64,000 nt of DNA from an uncultured bacterium. GTDB lineage: Bacteria > Fidelibacterota > Marinisomatia > Marinisomatales > JAHJCW01. Below, piece by piece: positions 38,948-48,345 of the stretch. Position numbers and translations under genes: made by a program. The notes below the pieces were generated by a model, which saw nothing but the letters and a program-made list of their open reading frames with translations, ran no database searches and was not told the origin of the DNA. The stretch lies in the NCBI GenBank assembly GCA_964634215.1, contig CAZWKR010000009.1, forward strand, positions 10,764 through 74,763, given 5' to 3'. Numbering within the stretch: position 1 is the stretch's first letter; each line of letters starts with the position of its first letter.

Positions 38948-39949
38948 ATGAAAAAAGTTACAAAAAACAATAGACCAATATTTATTGTGGGTTGTGAAAG
39001 GTCTGGCACCACAATGTTAAGATTAATACTTCATTCCCACGCAAATATTGCGATACCGCCTCAAACTAAATACGTAAAAAAAATTTACAAACGGAGAATA
39101 TTTTTTGGCAATTTATCAAAACTAAAAAATCGAAATAAAATTATTCATTGGTTTTCTAATAATCATAACAAAAAAACAAAAATTATTGATTTAGGTCTAG
39201 ATCCAAATGATATACAAAATGAGATGATGAAATCCGGTGATAGTTTAGGTTCAATTTTATCAACAATATTTCAACTCTATTCTAATAAACTTAATAAAAA
39301 TCGTTGGGGAGATAAACATCCCTATTATATTAAATATCTAGATCAATTATTTAATCTTTTTCCCGATGCTCAGGTTGTCCATATTGTTCGTGATGGACGT
39401 GATGCAGTTGCATCATTAAAAACAATGCCGTGGTGGAAAAATGATAGTATTTATTCTATGTTAAATTGGCAGGAAGCCATTTCTAATGGTAAAAAAGCTA
39501 AATTAAAATATAAATCTAATCAATTTATTGAAATACGATATGAAGACATAATTGATGAACCTGAAAAACATATTAAATCATTATGCAGTTTTCTCGATGA
39601 AAAATATTCACCAAAAATGTTAGAATTTTATAAAATTGCAGATGCAGCAGTACCCAATTATAAAATGGGTTGGCACTCAGATACAAAATCACAAATGAGT
39701 TCTAAGAAAATTGGTCGTTGGCAAAAAGATTTAGAACCTTGGGAATCAAATTTAATGAATCGCAAAATGAAGAAAGAATTATTACAACACAATTATGAAA
39801 TACCCAATTTCCACGGTAAAATTCCATTTTGGAAGTCAATTAATTATTTAATAATTAAATTACACTATAAAATAACTCAATATACGCTGTTGATAGCAGA
39901 TAAGATTATGACCATATTTTATCCTTGGTCACTGGATTATAGAAAATAG
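38948..39949 (+). CDS. PAPS-dependent sulfotransferase family protein
   Basis: 5'-PSB loop CERSGTTML and 3'-PB motif VRDGRDAVAS. 333 aa with a hydrophobic C-terminal tail. It is the only plus-strand gene inside the minus-strand polymer locus. Confidence 0.75.
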   Translation: MKKVTKNNRPIFIVGCERSGTTMLRLILHSHANIAIPPQTKYVKKIYKRRIFFGNLSKLKNRNKIIHWFSNNHNKKTKIIDLGLDPNDIQNEMMKSGDSLGSILSTIFQLYSNKLNKNRWGDKHPYYIKYLDQLFNLFPDAQVVHIVRDGRDAVASLKTMPWWKNDSIYSMLNWQEAISNGKKAKLKYKSNQFIEIRYEDIIDEPEKHIKSLCSFLDEKYSPKMLEFYKIADAAVPNYKMGWHSDTKSQMSSKKIGRWQKDLEPWESNLMNRKMKKELLQHNYEIPNFHGKIPFWKSINYLIIKLHYKITQYTLLIADKIMTIFYPWSLDYRK

Positions 39950-39953
39950 ACAC

Positions 39954-40694
39954 TTAATTAGTTATATTTGAAAATAACTTTTCGGCATTCTTCAGATCCT
40001 CTTCAGTATCAATTTCATACCAAGCTGTTTTATTAAAATTTACTGCTTCTAATAAAAATTTATTTTCTGATACGGCTTTTGCTATAGCTTGTTCATAATA
40101 TACATGTTTCTGCCCGGATTCTATTAAATAATATAAGTTCGGCTCGACAAATTTGTTAAATGAATTATAACTAAAACTATAAATATTGACGGTTTTATAA
40201 AGATTGTAAATATTGTCTTTTGGGAACTTATCTGCTTTTAAAATAAACTCAATTACATTATTTTTCTTATCAATATCAATTAGAGTACCATCCATATATT
40301 GTTTGTAATTATCAACGGCTATTCTATCAGGTAATAACATATTTTTGAACGCATCCCAAGTAAAAATTAAATCGCCCTCAAGTAGTATAAAATCTTCCTT
40401 GATATACGGGACTGCGAGGTTTAATGAGACAACATTATTTGTAGTTTCCCAATCTTTGTTGTGTACATACTGAATAGTCATATCACCATAATTATTGCCC
40501 ACAAGAGATTGTATCTTTTCACCTTTATAACCAATAACTAAAATAACTTTTTCAATTCCGCCTAATTGCAAAAATTCAAGCATTCTGATTAAAAGAATTT
40601 GATTATTTACAGGTATTAAACACTTTGGAATTTCGTTAGTATAAGGTTTTAATCTAATTCCACCACCCGCCAGTAAAAACACTGCTAATTTCAT
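39954..40694 (-). CDS. Nucleotidyltransferase (LicC-like cytidylyltransferase), second copy
   Basis: MKLAVFLLAGGGIRLKPYTNEIPKCLIPV is the NTP-transferase signature. 246 aa. Confidence 0.7.
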   Translation of the reverse strand: MKLAVFLLAGGGIRLKPYTNEIPKCLIPVNNQILLIRMLEFLQLGGIEKVILVIGYKGEKIQSLVGNNYGDMTIQYVHNKDWETTNNVVSLNLAVPYIKEDFILLEGDLIFTWDAFKNMLLPDRIAVDNYKQYMDGTLIDIDKKNNVIEFILKADKFPKDNIYNLYKTVNIYSFSYNSFNKFVEPNLYYLIESGQKHVYYEQAIAKAVSENKFLLEAVNFNKTAWYEIDTEEDLKNAEKLFSNITN

Positions 40695-40700
40695 TCGGTA

Positions 40701-41324
40701 TTATTTCTTCTTCTTTGGTTTATGATCCGAATAAATAATTGCACCATCATCTTTTGCAAATCTCCACTTTTTCTTAGGTGTTTTCCAATCCCCGTAACGA
40801 AATTGCAAATATTCTTCTTTTTTAACAGGTAAAAAATAATCGTTATTGTTAAAATTTACTTTTTCTAAATCATCATAAAAATGCGCCGGGACTGCTTTTT
40901 TAGTGTATTTTCGTTCACCGCCACAAGACCAAATATATTGGTCGTTATTTTTTGTGGCAATGAAGCAATCCATCATAACCTCACCTTTAAAAAATAATTT
41001 CTTCTTACTGAAAACCTTAATTAACCGAGCTTCACCTTTTTTCAATGGTGGATCTTCTTTTTCTTGATATCTAACTCGAGTAATATATCCAGCTTTTTTC
41101 ATTTTAGATAATGATTTAAGCAACTTCTTGCGGTCTTCGCTAAATACTCTTAAATCCATATCTCTATCCCAGGGTAGCAATCTATCCTCCCTTACTATTC
41201 CAAGCAAAGTACCAGCGGTTACAGAATATTTTATATTCGACTCGTCAAAGATTGTTGTTACATCTTTTAACATTTTTAAAGCAATCTTAAGATTTTCACC
41301 CGTGAGTGTATATTTACCAGACAT
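40701..41324 (-). CDS. LicD-family phosphotransferase (phosphocholine / polyol-phosphate transferase family)
   Basis: The LicD motif TAGTLLGIVREDRLLPWDRDMDL is present, including the DxD. Confidence 0.75.
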   Translation of the reverse strand: MSGKYTLTGENLKIALKMLKDVTTIFDESNIKYSVTAGTLLGIVREDRLLPWDRDMDLRVFSEDRKKLLKSLSKMKKAGYITRVRYQEKEDPPLKKGEARLIKVFSKKKLFFKGEVMMDCFIATKNNDQYIWSCGGERKYTKKAVPAHFYDDLEKVNFNNNDYFLPVKKEEYLQFRYGDWKTPKKKWRFAKDDGAIIYSDHKPKKKK

Positions 41325-41333
41325 ATCTATTTA

Positions 41334-42425
41334 TCACATAATTTGTTCTAGTAATTGATGTACATCTTCTTTACTTATTTTTATAACGTTATTGGAGATT
41401 CTGCTTTTAGTGAATGATCTCTCAACTATTTCATCGATATTTTCGCTTTTAATTCCCCACTTACTTAAATTAAAATCAATTACATTCTTTGGAATGTCTA
41501 GTATTTGTTTTTCCAATTCTTCGTAATTAATATTTACAAATGATAATAATTTATTGATTTCATCTGCAATTGCTTCTTTATTCAACCGTAATAAAGGAAT
41601 AATTGGTAAGGAACAGGCAATTCCATGTGGTATGTTATAAGTAAAAGTTAATGGATAACTAATAGAATGTGCTGCTGCGGTTTTTGTATTTGAAAATGCT
41701 AATCCTGCCAAATTAGATGCTCTTAATAATTTTGTTCTAACTTCTAGATCTGTGTGATTTTTTTTCAGTTTTGGTATTTCTTCAATGATCAATTTAATAG
41801 ATTTATATGCATACTCTAAAGATTGAGGATTAGAATTTTTATTCCAAATTGTTTCGAAACTATGGCTTAACGCATCCAAAACTGTTATTATTGAGAGTTG
41901 GATATCCATAGTAACAGTCAATTTTGCGTCTAAAATTGCTATGTCAGGATATAACGAGAGATGAGAAAGAGAATATTTTTGCTTCTCTTCCATATTCCAT
42001 ATTGCTCCCCACATTGTAACTTCACTTGCAGTCCCATGCGTGGTGGGTATAAAAATTGCAGGAATACGATTTGGAAATTGTGTTTCATAATCTATTAATT
42101 CTCTTAATTCGTAAACATTAGTACCTATTGCAGCCATCATAACTTTTGCTGTATCCATTACAGATCCGCCACCTAAAGCAATTATACCATCACATTTTAC
42201 ATTCTTCACAAAATTTATTGCTTCTTCACAACTCACAAATGTAGGATTATTTTGAATGTCTGTAAAAATGCGTTCCATATTAATAACATCTGATAGTTGA
42301 TTCCTCTCAACATTTCCTTTAGATGTTACAAACAAGGGATTCTGGATATTTAGTTCCTGTTTACATTTCTCAAGAGTACGTTCCCAATCATGAGTCTCTA
42401 TTATTTTTACTGGATTATTATACAT
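41334..42425 (-). CDS. Iron-containing (group III) alcohol dehydrogenase family protein
   Basis: GGGSVMDTAK nucleotide motif plus the His-rich metal site (LSHSFE, AAAHSISY, PHGIA). 363 aa. Confidence 0.75.
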   Translation of the reverse strand: MYNNPVKIIETHDWERTLEKCKQELNIQNPLFVTSKGNVERNQLSDVINMERIFTDIQNNPTFVSCEEAINFVKNVKCDGIIALGGGSVMDTAKVMMAAIGTNVYELRELIDYETQFPNRIPAIFIPTTHGTASEVTMWGAIWNMEEKQKYSLSHLSLYPDIAILDAKLTVTMDIQLSIITVLDALSHSFETIWNKNSNPQSLEYAYKSIKLIIEEIPKLKKNHTDLEVRTKLLRASNLAGLAFSNTKTAAAHSISYPLTFTYNIPHGIACSLPIIPLLRLNKEAIADEINKLLSFVNINYEELEKQILDIPKNVIDFNLSKWGIKSENIDEIVERSFTKSRISNNVIKISKEDVHQLLEQIM

Positions 42426-42455
42426 TTATATTCTGGTTACAGATAACTTATTAAA

Positions 42456-44291
42456 CTATTTGTTAAACTGATATTCATACAACCTTTTATACAAGCCACC
42501 TTTATCTAAAAGGTCTTTATGTGTTCCTGATTCTGCGATTTGTCCTTTTTCTAGAACAATTATTTTATCTGCTTTTTGAATTGTTGAAAGTCGATGAGCA
42601 ATAACTAACACTGTTCTATCATTCATTAATCTTTCTAATGCTTCTTGTACAAGTTTTTCTGACCGGGTATCCAATGATGATGTTGCTTCATCCAAAATTA
42701 AAATTGGAGGGTTGTCCAATACGGCTCGTGCAATTGCTAGCCGCTGTCTTTGTCCACCCGATAATCGCACACCTTTATCACCGATTATTGTGTCAAAACC
42801 ATTCGGTTGTTCTAGAATGAAATCGAGTGCGTTAGCAGTTTTGGCGGCAGAAATTACCTCATTGTCATTAACATTAGGCAATCCATAAGCAATATTGGCA
42901 CGTATTGTATCATTAAATAATATTGTTTCTTGTGTTACAATTCCCATTAGCTTGCGCAACGATTTTGTTGATACATTTCTTAAATCATTTCCATCAATTG
43001 ATATTACCCCATCAGTCACATCATAAAATCTCGGTACAAGATCAGCGATCGTAGATTTACCGGCACCACTTTCACCAACTAGTGCAACTACCTCGCCCTT
43101 CTTAATTGTAAAAGTGACATCCGATAATATTATATCTTCATAGTTATTATATGCGAAACTCACATTATTAAACTCAATTGTGTTTTTAAAAGAATCCAAA
43201 TGTTGTGCATCTGGATGGACAAAAATATCTGATTTAGAATCTAACTTTCCAAATACACGTTCAGCAGATGCTAAACCAGTTTGAATTTCCATATTCACAT
43301 TGCTCAATAATCTGATAGGTGCTAATGCACTAAATAGGACCAAGATGAATCGTAAAAAATCTTCCGAAGTCATAGATTGATCTACTAGCACTTTGTTTCC
43401 ACCAATAATAATTAAGACAGCCGCTACACAAACTCCGATAATTTCTGTTAACGGTACTGCTAAAAGACGTAATCTTGCTCGATGTAGTATTAATTTAAAA
43501 AATTTAAATGTCTCTTTTTGAAATCGTTGGTTTTCAAAATTTTCAGTTGTAAAAGCTTTTACTATACGTATTGAGTTTAATGTTTCGGTATTGACGTTTG
43601 TAATATCGGCAATTTTTGCCGCAATGCGACGCGACTTTCGTCTGACACTTCGCCCAATGGTGGTTATTGCAACACCCGTTATGGGGACAATTAATATGGC
43701 AATTAACGCCAATTGTGTATTAATGATAAATAATAAAACAATAAATGCAATGATATTAAGCGGTTCAACAAATGCTCGCTGAAAACCGACAGTAAATGCA
43801 CGACGCATGTTGCTCACGTCGGTTATTATTATAGAAGTCAGCTCACCGGATTTTTGTTTGTTGAAAAATGATAATGAAAGTGAAAGATATTTTTTATACA
43901 GATTATTTCTGAGTGTGGTGATAAAATTATATTGAACATGTGTTATTAATATATTTTTAATATATAGGAATAGATTTTTTAGCAGAAAAACAATTATAAT
44001 TAATATAGATAGAACTTTTAATGTTTCAAATGCTGTATCGCGAAGAATGAAATTGTTTGTCCAATACTTAAATTGTTGATTTAAACTTAAATCTACAGCA
44101 TTTTTAAAGGTTTCATGCTCGGATAAAAATTCTTGAAAATTACCCAGAATACTATTTAATAACGATGCAGTAAACCAAATAGATGCGCTATTAAATGCAA
44201 CATAGAATAGTGCCGCTAAAGTGGACCCGGTAAGGTATGGCCAATACGGTTTAATCAACCTCAGTAATCGTTTATATATAGATTCGTTCAT
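42456..44291 (-). CDS. ABC exporter, fused TMD-NBD half transporter (MsbA-like)
   Basis: 611 aa. An N-terminal 6-TM domain is followed by Walker A GESGAGKST, signature LSGGQRQR and Walker B ILILDEATS. Confidence 0.85.
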   Translation of the reverse strand: MNESIYKRLLRLIKPYWPYLTGSTLAALFYVAFNSASIWFTASLLNSILGNFQEFLSEHETFKNAVDLSLNQQFKYWTNNFILRDTAFETLKVLSILIIIVFLLKNLFLYIKNILITHVQYNFITTLRNNLYKKYLSLSLSFFNKQKSGELTSIIITDVSNMRRAFTVGFQRAFVEPLNIIAFIVLLFIINTQLALIAILIVPITGVAITTIGRSVRRKSRRIAAKIADITNVNTETLNSIRIVKAFTTENFENQRFQKETFKFFKLILHRARLRLLAVPLTEIIGVCVAAVLIIIGGNKVLVDQSMTSEDFLRFILVLFSALAPIRLLSNVNMEIQTGLASAERVFGKLDSKSDIFVHPDAQHLDSFKNTIEFNNVSFAYNNYEDIILSDVTFTIKKGEVVALVGESGAGKSTIADLVPRFYDVTDGVISIDGNDLRNVSTKSLRKLMGIVTQETILFNDTIRANIAYGLPNVNDNEVISAAKTANALDFILEQPNGFDTIIGDKGVRLSGGQRQRLAIARAVLDNPPILILDEATSSLDTRSEKLVQEALERLMNDRTVLVIAHRLSTIQKADKIIVLEKGQIAESGTHKDLLDKGGLYKRLYEYQFNK

Positions 44292-44361
44292 CAGATTAAA
44301 TCAATAAAATCAGAGCCGGGTAAATTACATTACTAAAACAATGATTAAAAATGGAGAGTTC

Positions 44362-44781
44362 CTATTTAAGTATCATTTTTTTATGTGAAATATCCGCTTC
44401 ATAAAAGCGATTACCAACAATTTCAAATCCGTATTTTTCATAAAACTTAATAACCGACTCCTGAGCGTTAAGATAAATAAATTCACTATCCTTTAGCCTA
44501 TCTAAAGTATATTTTACAAGTTCCTCCCCCACGCCTTTTCCACGTGCTTCATTCAACACAGCAAAACGTTCCAATTTTGCACCCTCTTCAGTAAAACGCC
44601 AACGTGCTGTTCCAACCGGTTGGTCATCAATATATGCTAATATGTGGATTGCAATATCATCAAATTCATCCATTTCAATTTCTTCTGATACATTTTGTTC
44701 TATGCAAAAAACTTGTCGACGGATAGCAATAGCCTTTTCTATATCGAGTGAATTAGTGATTTGTTTTATTTCTATGGACAT
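44362..44781 (-). CDS. GNAT-family N-acetyltransferase
   Basis: 139 aa with the acetyl-CoA motif RGKGVGEELV. Confidence 0.75.
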   Translation of the reverse strand: MSIEIKQITNSLDIEKAIAIRRQVFCIEQNVSEEIEMDEFDDIAIHILAYIDDQPVGTARWRFTEEGAKLERFAVLNEARGKGVGEELVKYTLDRLKDSEFIYLNAQESVIKFYEKYGFEIVGNRFYEADISHKKMILK

Positions 44782-44883
44782 TTTTAAACCGATTGAAGTT
44801 AATTACGCAATTGTATTAATATAAAATAGAGAATGTTAGTATATTTAAATAATTGAGATGATCTGTTTTATTGTTCAAGAAAT

Positions 44884-45924
44884 ATGAAGCACTTCAAAAT
44901 AAGTTTTATTATCTATTTACCGTTAGCATTACTACTTGTTATTTTTGGAATCTCTTGTGACACCAATGAAGAAGACCCTTATGCGCTATGGAAAGAACAG
45001 CCCAATGAAAGAATCGTTTTTATGTCTAAGGCCGATTCACCTGAAGGTGAATTGTACCTTCTAGAAAAGAATGGTGAGACAACCAGACTGACCAATAACA
45101 ATCGCCATGAAAATAATCCAGCCATCTCTTTCGATGGTAAAAAGGTGGCTTTCAATGGAGGTGATGAAAGCAATCAGTTAACTTGGGAAATTTACATTCT
45201 TAATTTGAATACGGGAGAGGAAACACAACTAACTTATAATAACGTTATTGACGCCCATGCCGATTGGTCTCCTGATGATTCCAAAATCGTATTTGGGTCT
45301 TTCCGAGATTCTCAAGGGAATCCATCAGGTACAGCGGATATCTATGTAATGAATAATGATGGAAGCGCACTAACGCAATTAACTGATAACACGTGGGAAG
45401 ACAATGATTCTGAGTGGTCACCAGATGGAACAAAGATTGTTTTTAAATCTACACGTAATACTCAACAAAGTGGGCGTGAAGAAATTTACATCATGAATAG
45501 TGATGGAACTAGTCCACAAAGGTTGACAACAACAAACGGTTGGCAGTCCGACCATGATCCAAGCTGGAGCCCAAACAGTGACCAGATTATTTTCACCAGA
45601 TTTGAAGGTGACAGAATTTGGTATGACGTAACCAATTTTGCCCAAGATTGGGAGGAACTTACTCCTTGGAACATTCATCGTGTTGATTTGAATGGAACCG
45701 TTGAGAGATTAACTAATAACAGCGATGCAGGTTGGGGAGTTACGCTATATTCCGCTGATCCTAGCAGTATACTTTTTGGTACAATAGATTGGATCACTGA
45801 CAATAGCAATCATGTGATCGGTGGTAATCATAGATTAGTATTGATAGACCTTGATGGTTCAAACCAACAACAACTTCTTCCAGATGACGAACACACCGGC
45901 ACACTAGAATATTTTGATTGGTGA
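44884..45924 (+). CDS. TolB-like beta-propeller lipoprotein (PD40/WD40-like repeats)
   Basis: Lipobox VIFGISC. Repeated units of the form ...PAISFDGKKVAF / DWSPDDSKIVF / EWSPDGTKIVF / SWSPNSDQIIF. Confidence 0.75.
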   Translation: MKHFKISFIIYLPLALLLVIFGISCDTNEEDPYALWKEQPNERIVFMSKADSPEGELYLLEKNGETTRLTNNNRHENNPAISFDGKKVAFNGGDESNQLTWEIYILNLNTGEETQLTYNNVIDAHADWSPDDSKIVFGSFRDSQGNPSGTADIYVMNNDGSALTQLTDNTWEDNDSEWSPDGTKIVFKSTRNTQQSGREEIYIMNSDGTSPQRLTTTNGWQSDHDPSWSPNSDQIIFTRFEGDRIWYDVTNFAQDWEELTPWNIHRVDLNGTVERLTNNSDAGWGVTLYSADPSSILFGTIDWITDNSNHVIGGNHRLVLIDLDGSNQQQLLPDDEHTGTLEYFDW

Positions 45925-46008
45925 AAACAATCATAAAGAATATATGGGAGTGATAGATTCCTTTTTTATTTTTCTGTAAAGAAAAAGTAGTATATTTGAA
46001 TAATTGGC

Positions 46009-46452
46009 ATGAACACTAAATCGTCAAAATTAATTGTTTCGCATCGCAGCCTCAAAATCTTAGCTGCGCTTTTATGGTACACCGGAAGTATCATACTATG
46101 GCTTAAAGGTAGCAGTTTGTTATCGGAAGCAGAGACATTAAAACCAGAGGAGGGTTGGCCTTGGCAAGTTGCTGTTCTCGGAATATTCCTAGGTGGTTTA
46201 AAAGCAAAATTTATTTTCAACAAAAGTTGTCAAAAAAATCTAGACAGAATAGAAACTCTAGTAAAACCAAGAATATGGCAATTTTTCAGAATTAGATTTT
46301 TTGCTGCTTTAACATTGATGATCTTTGTAGGTTTTACTTTATCAATGCTTGCTCACAATAATTATCCAATGCTAATCAGTGTGGCTTTTTTAGATATTAG
46401 TATTGGCATTGCTCTGCTAGGAAGCAGTTATATCTTTTGGACACAGAAGTAA
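46009..46452 (+). CDS. Hypothetical small membrane protein (about 4 TM)
   Basis: Hydrophobic segments with no motif I can name. I preferred it over the overlapping 85-aa minus-strand ORF. Confidence 0.4.
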   Translation: MNTKSSKLIVSHRSLKILAALLWYTGSIILWLKGSSLLSEAETLKPEEGWPWQVAVLGIFLGGLKAKFIFNKSCQKNLDRIETLVKPRIWQFFRIRFFAALTLMIFVGFTLSMLAHNNYPMLISVAFLDISIGIALLGSSYIFWTQK

Positions 46453-46456
46453 TATA

Positions 46457-47131
46457 TCATGGTTTCCAAGTAATTGGATAGATTGATTCACCAAATATGC
46501 CAACTTTTGCTCTATAAAAATATCTGAGGTCTTTTTTTACAAAAGGTGCTTCGTGACTTTCCCCATCATGGGTATCACCAAAATAATTTCCGCCATATTC
46601 TTTTAATGAAGCATTACTTCGCACGATGCGTACCGGATGAACATCGGCTTTAATAGCGGCGATTATATCGGTATCGGAATCACCGTAATAAATATCCAAA
46701 CCGAGTTTTTCCATGACACGATGTTTGGTTGTGTACTTAAATCCGTCCACATATTCCTTATGTGAGAAAAACAGATTACTATCAACTTTTACATCAAAAT
46801 TTAGGTTTTCAGAAAGGAAGACTGCCACGCTATCGCCATTTGGTCCTGGACGGGCAGTTATAAAGAATACTTCGTGACCATTTGCTCTAAAATAGTTGAT
46901 AAGCGTAACAACTGGATCAATAAATAACGAATATTCCTTATCATGAGTATTAATCCAGGAATAATCAGTACGACCGCTTTCAGTTTTAGGCGCTACGACA
47001 AAGGCGCGCTCTGAATATAAAGTTGTATCGTCTATATCAAATCCTACTTTCAATTTTCCGGTCTGCGAGAATGGAATTGAACTGATAAATAAAAATATTA
47101 AAATTTGTTTTATAATTAATCTTTTAAACAT
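46457..47131 (-). CDS. Class B acid phosphatase-like HAD-superfamily phosphatase (AphA-like), secreted
   Basis: Signal peptide. HAD motif I is FDIDDTTL and motif IV is YGDSDTDI. Confidence 0.7.
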   Translation of the reverse strand: MFKRLIIKQILIFLFISSIPFSQTGKLKVGFDIDDTTLYSERAFVVAPKTESGRTDYSWINTHDKEYSLFIDPVVTLINYFRANGHEVFFITARPGPNGDSVAVFLSENLNFDVKVDSNLFFSHKEYVDGFKYTTKHRVMEKLGLDIYYGDSDTDIIAAIKADVHPVRIVRSNASLKEYGGNYFGDTHDGESHEAPFVKKDLRYFYRAKVGIFGESIYPITWKP

Positions 47132-47212
47132 TTAATCCTCTAGTTAATACTCTAAAATTACCTTCATATTTTGATTATTCTAACGATTGATTATTTAGTT
47201 GTAATTTTTAAT

Positions 47213-48343
47213 ATGAATACAGCTGGAATATATATACATTTTCCTTTCTGCAAAGCAAAATGTATCTACTGTGATTTTTATTCTGTAGCTGGTCAAGATG
47301 AAAGAACAAATAATTTTGTTAATACGCTTGTCCATGAAATTGAACAATGCCCTACCGATGCTTCCAATTGGATTTTTGATACGGTTTTTATAGGTGGCGG
47401 TACTCCAAGCCTGCTAAATGCAAAGCAAATAGAAAAAATAATTTCTGCATTAAACACCAAATATGATTTAAGTAAAATTAAAGAATTCACAATTGAAGCA
47501 AATCCCGGTGAGGCACCTAAAGAAAAATTGTATGAATTTTATTCGCTCGGGATAAACCGATTGTCCATGGGTGTGCAATCTTTCAAACCTGAATTAATTC
47601 AATTTTTAACAAGAATTCATTTAGTAGAGGATGTTTTTAGAACATTTGAATCAGCAAGGGATGTTGGCTTTAATAATATCAATTGTGATTTAATCTACAA
47701 CATTCCTGGACAGTCATTAGATGATTGGCAATTTGATATAAATACGTTTGTTAATTTAAATCCAGAACATATATCAGCATATTCTTTAACTGTTGAACAG
47801 AATACAAAATTGTTTGAATTGGTGCACAATAAAACAATCATAATGCCAATTGATGAACTACATCAGAAGTTTAACTCTATTACGAATTACACTTTACAGA
47901 AAAGTAATTATACACAATATGAAATATCCAATTATTCACAGCTCAATAAGGAATGTTTTCATAATCTGCATTACTGGGAAAATGATTTTTACTTAGGCTT
48001 TGGACCTTCTGCACACAGTTATGATGGGAATAAACGATGGAATAATATTAGTAATTTGGATAAATATATTTCATTACTAGAGAATGATGAATCCCCTATC
48101 GAAACTATTGATAACATTACTGAAGTGAAACAAGTTAACGAAATAATTGGATTTGGATTGCGAATGGTAAGCGGGTTTGAAATCACAAAAATACCTGTAA
48201 AATTAAGAAAATCATTTGATAAACAATTGGAGCAAACACAAATAAAATTTCCTAAAATGATTATTAAAGAAAATAATCGGATTGGACTTACTCAAAAAGG
48301 AATGAATTTTGCAGATGCTATCGCAGTGGAATTAATGGTATAA
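47213..48343 (+). CDS. hemW: Radical-SAM heme chaperone HemW (HemN-like, oxygen-independent coproporphyrinogen oxidase family)
   Basis: YIHFPFCKAKCIYCDF (CxxxCxxC) and the GGGTPS motif. I chose the start at 47213 rather than the 14-codon extension. Confidence 0.8.
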   Translation: MNTAGIYIHFPFCKAKCIYCDFYSVAGQDERTNNFVNTLVHEIEQCPTDASNWIFDTVFIGGGTPSLLNAKQIEKIISALNTKYDLSKIKEFTIEANPGEAPKEKLYEFYSLGINRLSMGVQSFKPELIQFLTRIHLVEDVFRTFESARDVGFNNINCDLIYNIPGQSLDDWQFDINTFVNLNPEHISAYSLTVEQNTKLFELVHNKTIIMPIDELHQKFNSITNYTLQKSNYTQYEISNYSQLNKECFHNLHYWENDFYLGFGPSAHSYDGNKRWNNISNLDKYISLLENDESPIETIDNITEVKQVNEIIGFGLRMVSGFEITKIPVKLRKSFDKQLEQTQIKFPKMIIKENNRIGLTQKGMNFADAIAVELMV

Positions 48344-48345
48344 TA

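Noticed and set aside
45966-46223. 85-aa minus-strand ORF overlapping the start of the 147-aa plus-strand membrane protein.
   Set aside because: It is shorter, has no hydrophobic or motif signal, and would be convergent into the TolB-like gene. The plus-strand ORF gives coherent TM segments, though it is itself only a moderate-confidence call.
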